DNA of 61,447 nucleotides from Perkinsus olseni (Eukaryota): NCBI GenBank assembly GCA_013115125.1, contig JABANN010000149.1, positions 1 to 61,447 of the forward strand, read 5' to 3'. Shown piece by piece: positions 1 to 13,925 of this stretch (position 1 is its first letter; each line of letters starts with the position of its first letter). The notes under the pieces were generated by a model. It saw only the letters and a program-made list of their open reading frames with translations, ran no database searches and was not told where the DNA came from. The position numbers and the translations under genes were made by a program.

Positions 1-497
1 AGGCGGCCACCACTCAGGCCGCGACAACCGCGGCCCCTACTACCCAGGCTGCCACGACTGCGGCTCCTACTACCCAGGCTGCCACGACTGCGGCTGCGAC
101 CACTCAGGCTGCGACTACTCAGGCTGTGACTACTCAGGCTGCGACGACTCAGGCGGCCACTACCCAGGCTGCCACGACTGCGGCTGCGACCACTCAGGCT
201 TTGACCACTCAGGCGGCCACTACTCAGGCTGCGACGACTCAGGCGGCGACGACTCAGGCTGCCACTACTCAGGCTGCGACCACTCAGGCGGCCACTACTC
301 AGGTTGCGACCACTCAGGCGGCCACTACAGCGGCAACGACCACTCAGGCCGCGACAACTGCGGCTCCTACTACCCAGGCTGCGACCACAGCGGCTCCTAC
401 TAGCCAGGCTGCGACCACTCAGGCTGCAACCACTCAGGCCGCGACAACTGTGGCTCCTACTACCCAGGCTGCCACGACTGCGGCTCCTACGGCGTAA
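1..497 (+). CDS. 3' end of a mucin-like Thr/Ala/Gln-rich repeat protein (truncated by the window edge)
   Basis: Uninterrupted 15-nt repeats encode TTQAA/TTAAP units with synonymous codon variation. The frame is open from the window start to TAA at 495-497. Confidence 0.85.
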   Translation, partial: AATTQAATTAAPTTQAATTAAPTTQAATTAAATTQAATTQAVTTQAATTQAATTQAATTAAATTQALTTQAATTQAATTQAATTQAATTQAATTQAATTQVATTQAATTAATTTQAATTAAPTTQAATTAAPTSQAATTQAATTQAATTVAPTTQAATTAAPTA

Positions 498-1493
498 ACG
501 GACCCGATATCATGTAGGTTATTAGCGACCAGAGCAGTTATGTCACTAAGTGACTATTCATGTTCTTCTGAAACCGAAGTCCGGTACTCGGACATTTTTC
601 GGATAATCTGATCTCAAGTCCGAGCATTCACGTATATATTCCTTTGCATGTTTGAGAGAGCGTGGAAGCTGCGCCACGTCATCTCTAGAAGTATGCTAGT
701 AAGTCGATTCGTAGGATTTGTTGCGTTGAATGAGTTCTCGTGGCTGTGAAAGCAGTGACTGGTGTATTCACGGTCACCGAATCACCGAAAGAGTCTTGGG
801 GTGTTTCCGAGCGAAGACAAAATATATCAGTAGACACTCATGTATACAAAACGTGAATACGTTCACAAGCATAGGTCATTGGATGCCTCTTTAGACGGCA
901 GTCATTTTTATGCGGCCTATCTGTCAGTCCTTACTGACAAAGGTAGGTTGGCCACATCGATCTCGGCGTTGTGGGACAATTCGACCAAGAGGCGGAGTTC
1001 CCAGCAAATTCTGCTAAACTAAGATCACAGATGGCTGAGGCAGCCCCCCCTCATCTCAAGCAGAACGAGCAAACGGAACGAGCTTGAGTTATCTATCCCT
1101 GTACTGGTAACGGCCCATCACTTAATACTACTAACACAAACGACTGGATGGCTGCAGTCAAAGAAACATGTTTTCAATATTCACTCGCACAATTCCTTCG
1201 TAGAGAAATGCAGAACGATTTCTTGTGGGGGAAACCGCTAGCTGTGGTTCGATGTGATTAGGATCACCCTTGTGTGTGCGTCCCGGGCGAGCGCGAAAGC
1301 TTGTGCGTGTTGTGGCACCCGATGGCTGGCTAGCGAGCTAGTCGTGGCGTGATATATATGGAGGCGTTGATGGATGTGCGAAGAAGAAGTGTTATAGCTC
1401 TTTCCCATCCCTCCCATTCCCTTGACGTTGGGGGACCCGGAGTGGCTCGGGGTTTTGGAGTTTGATGGTCTTGACGTTATCTCCCTTCCCTAG

Positions 1494-3200
1494 CTACTCC
1501 CGGGTCTGCATTCGCGAACCTGGTCTCGAAGAGGTGTCCCTCTCACGGGTCCAGGTTTCGCGTATGCCTCTCCCAACCTCAGCGTCTATGGGTTTCCTGC
1601 TCCACAACGTACTATCAGCGTCGTCCGCGTCTTCTGCGCTATCAGACTGTTCTTCCGACCTTGTCTCATGGGAGCCGTTCACGATGATTCCACGGCTCCA
1701 TGTGGTACTGTCCGCATCATCCTTGTCTGATGTCGACGACGCAGCCTTGAGGGGATGCTCGTTGTCAAATCCTTGGCGAGATAGAGTGGTGCGACTCCAC
1801 GTAAGACTGTTAGCGTCATCCAGTTGTGATTCAGATGATTCCGAGTCACTGCAGCTCTGAAGCCGTCGCTCGAGCACGGCTGACTTCATCATCTCCAGGA
1901 CCTGGTGATATACGAATGATATATGTCATGATGGTATTGCCATCACTATCGATGTACGCCGCCAATGATGATAGAGAAACACACCGGGGGTCCCGATTCT
2001 CAACCGTTTCGCTATTTTCCATGCTCGGAAAATAGTGCCCCTCATTCAATCCTCGGCCTACCCGTAACTGGTGCGCTCGCTCAGTTTCCTTACGAAGCAC
2101 GTCAATGAGGAGCTCCGCATCGCGTAGACTTGTCGATTTCTCCTCCAACTGCTTAGAAATCCTATGCACAACACAGCAGAGCTACATTAGGTCTGCTGTT
2201 GCCAACTTACTCCCGCAATCGCTTATCCGCTTCTGAACCTTGCACACACTTGGCCCTCAAATCGCGTATCTGATGCGGCCAATATGTCTCGTGGAAGGAA
2301 CGTGTTGATGCCAATTGTGCTGTCGTAGTTGGAAACTTGAGGTAGGCTACCTGCATATCTTTTTCGTTGATCGTGTTTCTCGTTTCTTGAAGATGTAGCT
2401 CCAAATTATGCTTCGAAGCTTTTGCGCTAACAATCTAAAGACAGTAGAAATGGTACTACTACCAAGAGCGACGGTCGCTGGTTCCGAGTCGGGACATTCT
2501 ACCGCCTGCTTTAGCTCTCCAATCTCCTGCCGCAACTGCTTCTTCTCCTCACACATCGCCCCAATTCGACAAGCCTGCTCAGCCTGATGGACGGACCATT
2601 GCGGATAGAGCGACCAGTCCGTAGAGTAATACCTTGACCACATTCGCAGCCTCCAACTCTTGCCTTAGTGCGGCGATCTACATAGAGCGAGGAATGCCTT
2701 GTTGCTCTCGGGAGAGTTCAAAGATAAGCACGACTATCAACACCTCTACAGAACTGCCGTCTAGTTGGGTTTTCTGATCTGCCAGTCGACTTTCGGTACG
2801 GTCCATGTCCTTCACCTGCCGGCGAAGGCCTTCGACCTGAGGTAATGCGACTCGCCGGGCGCAGGTTCAGCCGGATGTTGATATGATCATAGAAGAACAG
2901 GATATGATCCGGTGTCGATAGAATGCGACCTCTGTGCCGAGAGTTCTGATCCGGTTTTCCACCTTGTTTAGGGCGGCGGTAACGATTGTCAATTGCTTAC
3001 CAGGTTCGGATGTTGGCATTCTCCAACTCGCGCTCTAACACCTGTTGGGCTATAGCTACACATAGAGAGAGGCATCACTCATTCGTAGCCTCTGCTTCAA
3101 GCTCTCCACCTGCACGCCCAACTTCTCGACCTCATGGTAAGCACTTCCGGCCTCCTGCTGGGACCCAGCCGTCCCCGATTCAGCGCCAGCTATGACCTGC
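1494..3200 (-). CDS. Multi-exon coiled-coil protein with an acidic repeated C-terminus
   Basis: Consecutive minus-strand ORFs have heptad-like E/L/K/R content and are joined by GT-AG introns (e.g. gtaagttgg...gcatag near 2162-2210). The C-terminus has three DDADS-x-WSR repeats. The 5' end is approximate. Confidence 0.55.
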
Positions 3201-4540
3201 CGAAAGCGAATCCTCAGAGAAATAATGTGAGAAAGAGTTCAGATTCGGGACATGCGCATGATAAATCGTGGAAGAAGGTGCCGAGCCGAGAAACTAGTCT
3301 GTCACAGTGTATAGAGCTTAGTAAGCTCAGCTTACCCAACCTAACAATTCATGATTATACTAGACGGGGACAGAGTAATGAATGATTGATCTATCCACCG
3401 GGTGGATTCCACCCATGGCTTCGATCCATGGAGCTCACCTCGGCCTCTACGGCTCTACATGATTCAAGCTGCTCCCGAAGGTTGCTTACGGTCAGGTGGA
3501 GCTCGTGTATTTCTTGCTTCTGCTGTTCACTCTCAACTATCTAAGATGAGGGACCTGATTGGCATAGCCGCGACGGCGTGATTCTTACGTGTCGCTCCAC
3601 GACCGAACGACGCCGTTTTCCTCTGGTCATATGGAAGAGGAAGTATACTGCGGCTTCAAAGTGAGCATTTCAAGCATTAGAAATTTCCAACCCAAGACGC
3701 AAGTCTACGCTGCGAGACAAACATTCTGCAACTCGGACAGGGTGCAGGACGGTGTCGGACATGTGTGCATCTGTCCTCCAATATGCTACAGTATATTACA
3801 GTAGTTCGAAGTGAGTACTTCAATGTTTTCCTTCGGTATGGACTGTTAGATTCTCAGAGGTCTGTAGTGCCTCCCTTACTGCAGTCCGCTTATGATGTAG
3901 AGTTGGACTCTGGTCATGGTAGTTCGGTTAGGTACAATACGAAGCACTTCGTTGTTGACTATGAAAACATCGGCAACGGCCACGTGTTGGTAGATTGTAA
4001 TTTCGACCCTAACGACTTTGACTCTCTATCTCACTCCGGAAGCTTCCACATCACTGAAAAGGAATGCATAGGTTCAATGCACTAGCCGGATTTGAGGAAA
4101 AGGGGGGCTTCTGTGAGATGTACACAAGTGGTATACATACGGTGAACTCCAAGGGGACACTCGACCCGAGTGACTCGGGGTGTACTCGAGATGAGGACAC
4201 AAACCAACGCAGTATTCAATGACGAACCGACCGTCGATCGAGAACAGCTGTTGTACGATGCAAAAATTGTAGGGCGCTGCCGCAGATTCGGAGAGATGAA
4301 AGGACAACAGAAGCTTGGGCAAAGTTCCACTTGTTTTGCCCTAAGGCATTCATATCATTCCGATGGGATGAATATACCCTTATCAGTAACGCAGGTGTCA
4401 TCTACCATATGACCGATAGACTGCTCGGGCAACAGCGATCTCAATGCATACACGCTAAGTATGCCCACAGCTACCCGACATCTCTACTGACTGTAACTAA
4501 ACAGCTCGATCACGTGCGGACAGCGGCAACACAGCGGAAA

Positions 4541-6750
<2,210 letters not shown>

Positions 6751-7064
6751 TCAGAGTGTTAACATTGTCGATACAAGTGGAACTCTTCCCACAGACAAAT
6801 GTGTACATCAGTCTCGTCATAGCGTATAATCGAATGCTCTATCAAAAAGCTGTTTGAAAACGGTGAAAACCGTTTCTAGTGAGTCCCAGGACTACGGCTG
6901 TCGTTTAACCAACGCCTCCATTCGGGACAAGGTAGTCGTCAGGCCAGCTCCTCTTGCGTTATTCTCCTGTCGAGGAGGAGAGAGCCTCGGTAGTGGGCCG
7001 GTATTGCTGGCTCGGCCGTCCACCACGATGACAACGCAAATTCAGGTCAACAAAACGGGTGAAA

Positions 7065-10000
7065 CTACGCGAGGTAATGATACGTGCTGGGGTTAGACAC
7101 ATCCCTCTCCAGATACTCTCGCTCAATGAGGGACTCGATGCTGAGGAGAAAGCGAGTTCACGAAGCCGCGCAGGTTCGATCCCTGAGATTACCGCTTTTT
7201 GACTTCACCAATCTCCGCGGTGAAGGTTGCGCTACACTCCTTCAGCGTCTCGGCCACGAGCGAGTTGTGGGATAGCGTCTTCTTTGACTTCATGATCCGG
7301 ACTAATACTGCATCCAGAAGGAATCTGATAAATTAATACTCGTAAAAATGCCGGGCCCAGGAATGGAACCCGCAACCTGCTTACTGTCGATCCTCATTAA
7401 CCCTGCTCTCCGTCGCGCGGACCTCTGCCTTTTCGTCTCGTATGGCCATCTAAAGTAATAACAGTATGCCGGCGCCGGGGATTGAACCCAGGTGGATGCC
7501 ACCTGCGGAACGACAATGCGCCTCTTCTTATCTTGGAACTCCTTATTAAGACTGTACTCTTCACATGCACCGATCTGCTTGTCCTCGGGACCTCCCGTAG
7601 ACCTCCTCAGGACCTATCGTCGAGTCTATCAGGTGTTAAACAGCCGACATCGTTAGCTTACTCGGACTCGGTAGACCATAGGGAAGAGGATTCGTCGAAG
7701 CTCCTCTACGGGAAGGCCGGTAACTGTGCAACAATCGTATTGCAACGAGAGCGGTTCTTCGTAAAGATAACGGTGATTCCTCCCCATTCACTTTGACTGA
7801 AGTGATCATATACAGCCACTTGCGACGGTCAAGCGACCGAACCAAAGATGTCCTAGGCAGGGATCGAACCTGCGACTCCTGACATACCTTCGGTAATCCT
7901 AGCGGCAGTAGCGGTGGGGTCGTTGTTGAATACATCCGTGAGAACTATCGCTTGCGCAGCCGAGACGACCAGGTCCTTCACAGTCACTCGAGACCCGGTA
8001 CTGCGCATATTATAGCGGACGACTGCTCCACCCTGATGGAGGATACAAAAAATTAAACAAGCATGAAAGCAATCTACTCCCGCTTGATTGTTATTGAGGC
8101 CTCGTTGTAGCATTATGGAGATAACGATACGAATTGGCGATGATGTGGTATCCACATGTACTCTAATACAACTTGGCGGTGTCATATGATCGTTTTCATT
8201 ATCACAACTCCATTACCACTAAACATACACGATCTGATCACTATCCCAACCAGACTTCAATGTACAGTATGATGGTCCCAAGATGACATGTGAGCAAAGT
8301 GCTCTCTCTCGGCCTACCTCTTTACGCAAGCAGCGAGGAATACCGAGAGAAGCCAGATTTGCAGGAATCGATCTCATTTCTCGTCGAGGCGTAGCCTACT
8401 AGTGAGGGCATCCACGTCAGCGTCCGTCCGGAGTGCTTGCTGACGTAGAACTGCGTGAAGCTTTGCTGCAGTGATGATATCGGAGAGGGGAGAGTCGGAA
8501 CCTAGCCGGACATACCGTTGCTGGCTCACGAGGGACGGGCTGAGACAGTGTGGGCGAGTGCAGAGTGAATTCCGAACCTCACACCCTGCTCGACTCAGTT
8601 CAGCAGGACACCCCTTCAGAAGAGTAAGGGAGTCGCAGGCAGTCTCCCGTCAAACTCCACCATAGTCGTTCCCAAGGAGCCGCGAAAATTGACCCATCGG
8701 CATGGAACAAATCCTTACATTCTTGGGCCACTGGGTGTAGGTCGGCCAGATACCAGACGTCAGCACCATCGCCTGAGTATCGGGGAATCAATAGAGTGTA
8801 CCATAGGGAAGGAGTAACTGACCTCAAACTCCGTTCCATCACCACCACCACCACCTTGCTGCTGCTGCTGTTGTTTCCTCTTCTCTGTGAACTCCTTGTT
8901 GAGCCCACAGCTGAGATCCATATCTTTGTACATTCCCTCCAGCTTGGACGTGAACCCTCCTGAAGGCGAGGATACATATAGGGCTAGCAAAGAGTTAACG
9001 GTGTCCCTCTGGAGGCAGGTGGAGAGGCTCCGGTGACCATCACGATTAGACGAGGGACAGTGCAAACTGCCGGAAGAGATCATTCACCCTTTACGGAAAT
9101 CTCGCTTCGCTCCGCTCACCTCCACATTCTGTCCGCAATTTTTGCAGCATGAGCTTCTCTAGCTCATTGCCTCTGTACGAAGAATGCTCTAAAGACAGCA
9201 GCAACACCTCAACAGACAATAGGCCAGCCTCACCGCTGGTGTACCCGTGAGAGGCTCATCGGTCCCTCGGATAGTGTGCGCGCTCAGTAACCTTTTCGCC
9301 AAGTCATTCTTATAATGAGCCTCGAAAATATCTTTCGCTGAGATGAACCTGAAAATACGAATCAGCCTTGGTCACAACTATCTAACTCGAGCCCCAAGAA
9401 CGACCGAGCGACACGAACGTCACTATTTCGACACCCGAGACCACAGTTGATAACGCCATTTCTGTGGCAAAAACCCAGACAACACGGTGATGGTCCTGAG
9501 CGGTAGGCCCACCTGAACAGAGTCATAACGGAGTCCATCCGTCCTTCCACTTCCTCCGCTGTCAAACTGTTCTTCACATTACGAACATACGAGCCGATAG
9601 AATCGTCACAATACCTGTCAAATTGGGGAGCCTTCCGCTTCTCGGCGCAAACCGCTGCTTACTTAGCTAAGAGATGTGCTGACTTATTCACTTGATCGCA
9701 GCCATTCATGAAGGCCTGAGAGAACAACGCGATACGCCCCCGAATGTCGCGCGCCACGAAATTGCCATCCTACGAAGCAGTTCCCTTCAGCTGTACGGAG
9801 TACCGAGGTAGCCAGGCAGCAACCTTACCTCGAAGGCCTCCTTGACAGAGATTTTGAAGGCTACAGCGAGCTCAGGGTCGACGAAGGTGTCACTGAGGAT
9901 CCGATCCAAGTTCTCTTTCAAAGTGAGCAGCTCCTTGATGAGGCCAACTCCTTCGGCCAGAGTGTTGTAGGCAAGATATCTTCAGGTTCACCGTGCAAGA

Positions 10001-13000
10001 TACGGAATAGGTTGCGTAACAGCTTACTTCTTCATCAAAGCCTCTCCTATCGCCCGTATTGCATGAGACCAGGAGGACTTCAACTCCGATGTGACATGAA
10101 CCATCTAAAAACCGGTGGCGTCTTCCACTGGAGATCACAAAGTTGAAGATTTCCCACCAGGAAATCAAAGGGATCAACCTAGTAGAATTTCCTACCACAC
10201 CAAACGTAAAAAACTAACCTCTAAAGACCGGAGCAGGGTCTTCGTGGCATCTATCTGCGGCTCAGGTTTGGCATCCAGAAGTTCAAGCAGGCGCTCTGTA
10301 CTGGTCAAAGAGGCGCTGTGCATGACCAGCTGAATGAAAATCGGTAATCGAGTGAGCGGAGCGAAGCACAGCGCGCTTACCAGTTGATCCCTGAGAATTC
10401 TATCCGTGTCCTGCCATGTATGCGGATGGAGTTTGCACGCGTCATGCAAAGCCTTCTCCTTCTTCCATACACCCTCTATATAATCGAGGTACCTTCACAC
10501 CTTGAGGTCCCCGGTTCGATTCCCCCAAGGGCACTCAAAATCCGTGACGGGTGAACCGCAAAAGAAACTCAATGCGACCATCCCGGGTTAGACCGATGGG
10601 GCGATTATCTATCCCTCACAGCGGCAGCAGCAGCACGAGGTGAGTCCACTTACTCTTCCGTCGTGAGTGTGTCGATCTTGGACGCCGACTGAAACACATG
10701 ACAACTACAGTACTCCACAAAGTGCGGCTCAAGCGGAGCGAAGCAGCAGTCTCAAGCTGGTGCGTTTTCACCACCAAGGCATCCCAATTGTCCTCTACTA
10801 CGGCCGTGGGTATGAGCGTTGGATATTTGCCTCACCTCCTCCTGATAAAACTCCTTAGTGGCCTGCTCGAAGGACCTTTCGAACGTATCTTTATACATGT
10901 CCAGGGACCTGCTCCAGCATAGTCGATTACAACAATAATCTTCGCAGTGCGGTATGACCGTATCATGACAATAACGTCCCCGTAGAGTTCCCAGGAGGGA
11001 TCTTCTTCCGTCCCTGTAGCCCTGCTGTGCTGTACGCAGGTGAGAAGGCACCCACACGCACGAGAAACCACGGACCCCTCGCTACGTTTATCGTCCCAGG
11101 CACACTGAAAGGGTCACAGCTGTACTCATTCTGACGGAGGTGGCGCAGGTTCGATCCCCGCAGACCGCGTTTCTCCGCTCACCATATCCTTCTTCAGCAT
11201 CCCCAGGCCCATTTCTCTCAGCCCCACCGGCAAATTTTTCCGCGTGCGCAAGGAATCTTTCTCCTCCGGAAGTATGCCTCCCACTGCAGCCAGAAAATTA
11301 TCCAACGGTAAAAAGATATTCCGAACCAGGCCCTGAAGAGTGAATATCCGTCGGGGACTTCCAACGAGGAATCCGATGGTACGACAGGCCAGGAAGATGC
11401 AAGAGGAAAAGACGGCATCGGGATATAAAATGTACGATAATCGAGATCGCTTGGACACCAACGATACTGTGATGAGCCCTGAACGTCTTCCCCATGAAGT
11501 TTCGTGGCGTGCGGTCCTAGCGGCGTAGTGACCTCATGCGGAGCAGCTCGTATTAATTCACTTATTCCGTGCCAAGCGGCATATTTATCGAGTTTATCTA
11601 TCTCTGGAGGCCAGTCGGTTGGGTGGATACAGTGTTACAGCCCGGAGATAGGTCGGCAGCAGAGAGACACCCAAGCTCAGTCCAAGAATCACGCAAAGAA
11701 TTGTTTTGGGAAATTGTTGAATATTTCACTACGATGGCGATGGATGGGCCTTACAAGATCTCGTCTATGACGTTTCCATGCATCCTGTACATGTTTAAGA
11801 TACTCCAAAGCCTCGTGAATATCAGAATCATCAACTTCACATTCCGAGATTGACCTGACCCCGTCTTGGTGTAGTGAAGGAAGGCAATAACCAGACGCGC
11901 GCGCCCCTGTGATCGATTAGCTTTATCCACTCACTTGACAATTGAAAAAATATGACTGTGCAATTCCCTCTGCAGGAGATCGAACAATTCAAGCTCACGG
12001 CCGTTACGGCAAATGGTATCGACCTGAGGAAAGAGCGTTTCGAAGTTTGCAATGCGCACGGACACGACGAAAAATGGTCAGTTGCTTCGCTTCGCCGGGA
12101 GGACGTTGGAGGAGGTGCTGGTGAGGATTCAAAGGAGAGATCTTACGATGCGGTATCGTTCCTCAAGACTCTTGCTCCCTTGCATTTTCTCCACGCCACC
12201 ATCACAACCATAACTCGCTCTCACAGCTCCTCTCAAGCTCTTCTCCCACGAGTCAGCGACAAAATCCGCAGGAAGCTCCGGTGGATGAACTAAAAATATA
12301 ATAGTCCCGCAGAGAATCGAACGCTCCACCTATTGCACGATATCCAACCTCAAACCAGCTCCGCTACTCCACCTGACGAACACTACCTTGAAAAGGCTTC
12401 AATATCAACTTCCGCTCCAACATAGGATGATAAACAGCGGCTTGCCCTGGTCTGTATGCAATCGATTTAGCCAGCCTAAAGTGCGTCCATGAGAAGCCAA
12501 ATAACCTCCCGTCCGATCTTACTTTGAGTATCTTCTCATGGGTGGCAGCCTATCCGGCATCATTACACTATGATGATTGCTAGACATAATTCTTCGCCGT
12601 GCGCTAGGATGCATTTCAGCTGTAGTGGTAGTGCTGGAGTCGTCCACCATAGGAGCTGCAGGAGCACTAGTCGACAGGTCTGAAACTCACCATTTTTACT
12701 CTACTGCTACTTCTGCCCAGCTCTATGCGATTCTCATGCTCAATACCAAAACGTCAGGTACTCCAACATCGTAGTCTCATGAATCTTGTGCTACGGCTTC
12801 TCTTCGACAACTTGACGATTTTCGACAAGTCAAATTTTTCGGATTCCACCATTGATAGTTCTCGAATTCTCCTCCATTAGACCTGCACCCGATTCGGGAG
12901 CCCCCAGCTCTCACTTCTCGCGCGTTTCTTTGTGCTGCTCGCACGCACCTGCTCACGCGGTTCCTTCCCCCGCTCGGACCCTCGGACGACTTCAACACTC

Positions 13001-13041
13001 TCGATGTCCTCATCAGAAGACGATAATGATGGTGAGCTCAT
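7065..13041 (-). CDS. CUL4: Cullin, CUL4-like, multi-exon and complete to the neddylation domain
   Basis: Spliced peptides include RKLILKPF, PELPADFVADSWEKSL, FISAKDIFEAHYKNDLAKRLL, GGFTSKLEGMYKDMDLS, VLTSGIWPTY, FYVSKHSGRTLTW, DRQFLLDAVLVRIMKSKK and VKKRIESLIEREYLERD...YHYLA* (stop at 7065-7067). The ATG at 13041 is tentative. The cullin call is secure; the CUL4 subtype is less so. Confidence 0.88.
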
Positions 13042-13598
13042 CGAACCATTATCTGAGATTAACGCTATCATTGTGGGATTCACCACAACCCATGGAACCA
13101 ACTACGCGCAGAGAGCGCCTAAACGAAAATAGCGATTGCAGCGAGCCTTGTAATGTGCTGATAGTTTTAATACCATGTACGTTGCATCAGCATGGCTTGT
13201 GACCGGCCCAGAGCAGGGAAAACGCTCAACAGGCTACCTGCCTTGAGTTCAAGAGCATTCTCACAGGACAGTTTCTCGCCCGATAAACTGGATGCATGGA
13301 ATGCCCTTCATACTCAGGAGAAGCGGTCTACCGAGTAGTGTGTAGGGGACCATACCGTTCGCGCGTCCAGTGAAACAAGCTAGTTCGACGGGAGGGCCAG
13401 TGCTTACAGGCTGACGATAATACTTCAAGTGACCCCAGCACGGATCTACTTGAACTACACACTTTGACTATAAATGCCGATGGATACGCTTAAGCCCACT
13501 AGGCCACTACTACTGTCACAGTAGGACTGTGGTAGCTCAAGTGCCGGCGATTCCGGACGATATAACAGATTCAACACGATAATACGCTGCCTCAGGGC

Positions 13599-13633
13599 TC
13601 AGTCACAACTTGTGAGTCACAAGTTGTGACTGA
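13599..13633. repeat. 35-bp perfect palindrome (17+1+17)
   Basis: tcagtcacaacttgtga-g-tcacaagttgtgactga, lying between the divergent cullin and glycosyltransferase genes. Confidence 0.95.
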
Positions 13634-13925
13634 CAAGACCAGTATTACCCGAATCATCATCGTGCCACTCCGCCGCCCTCTGCTGTGATGGGAATGACAT
13701 TCGTGTAGAATAATGCGTCAACTGGAAATCGGAGAGGTTCTCGGAGAACAAAGGAAGGCAGAAATTCCTGACACGCCGACAAGGGCAAACACGGTGTTAC
13801 CATGCGATGGAAAGTGCGCTGAAAATGAGCGGAGCGATGCAGTTTCTCGCTTTTCGTGCATTTAGGTTTTTCGTGTCACCATCAGCGCAAGATACCGTCG
13901 AGTAAATTCAACCATCAGTTTTCCA

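Noticed and set aside
3400-4450. Possible spliced plus-strand gene and small hairpins
   Set aside because: Exon-like ORFs exist, but I could not build a consistent model or recognise a domain.
8595-8760. Apparent C-terminal truncation of the cullin in the ORF track
   Set aside because: Splicing recovers the rest of the cullin-homology region and the neddylation domain down to 7065.
8838-8876. QQQQQGGGGG insert in the cullin
   Set aside because: It is an ordinary trinucleotide low-complexity loop at an exon end.
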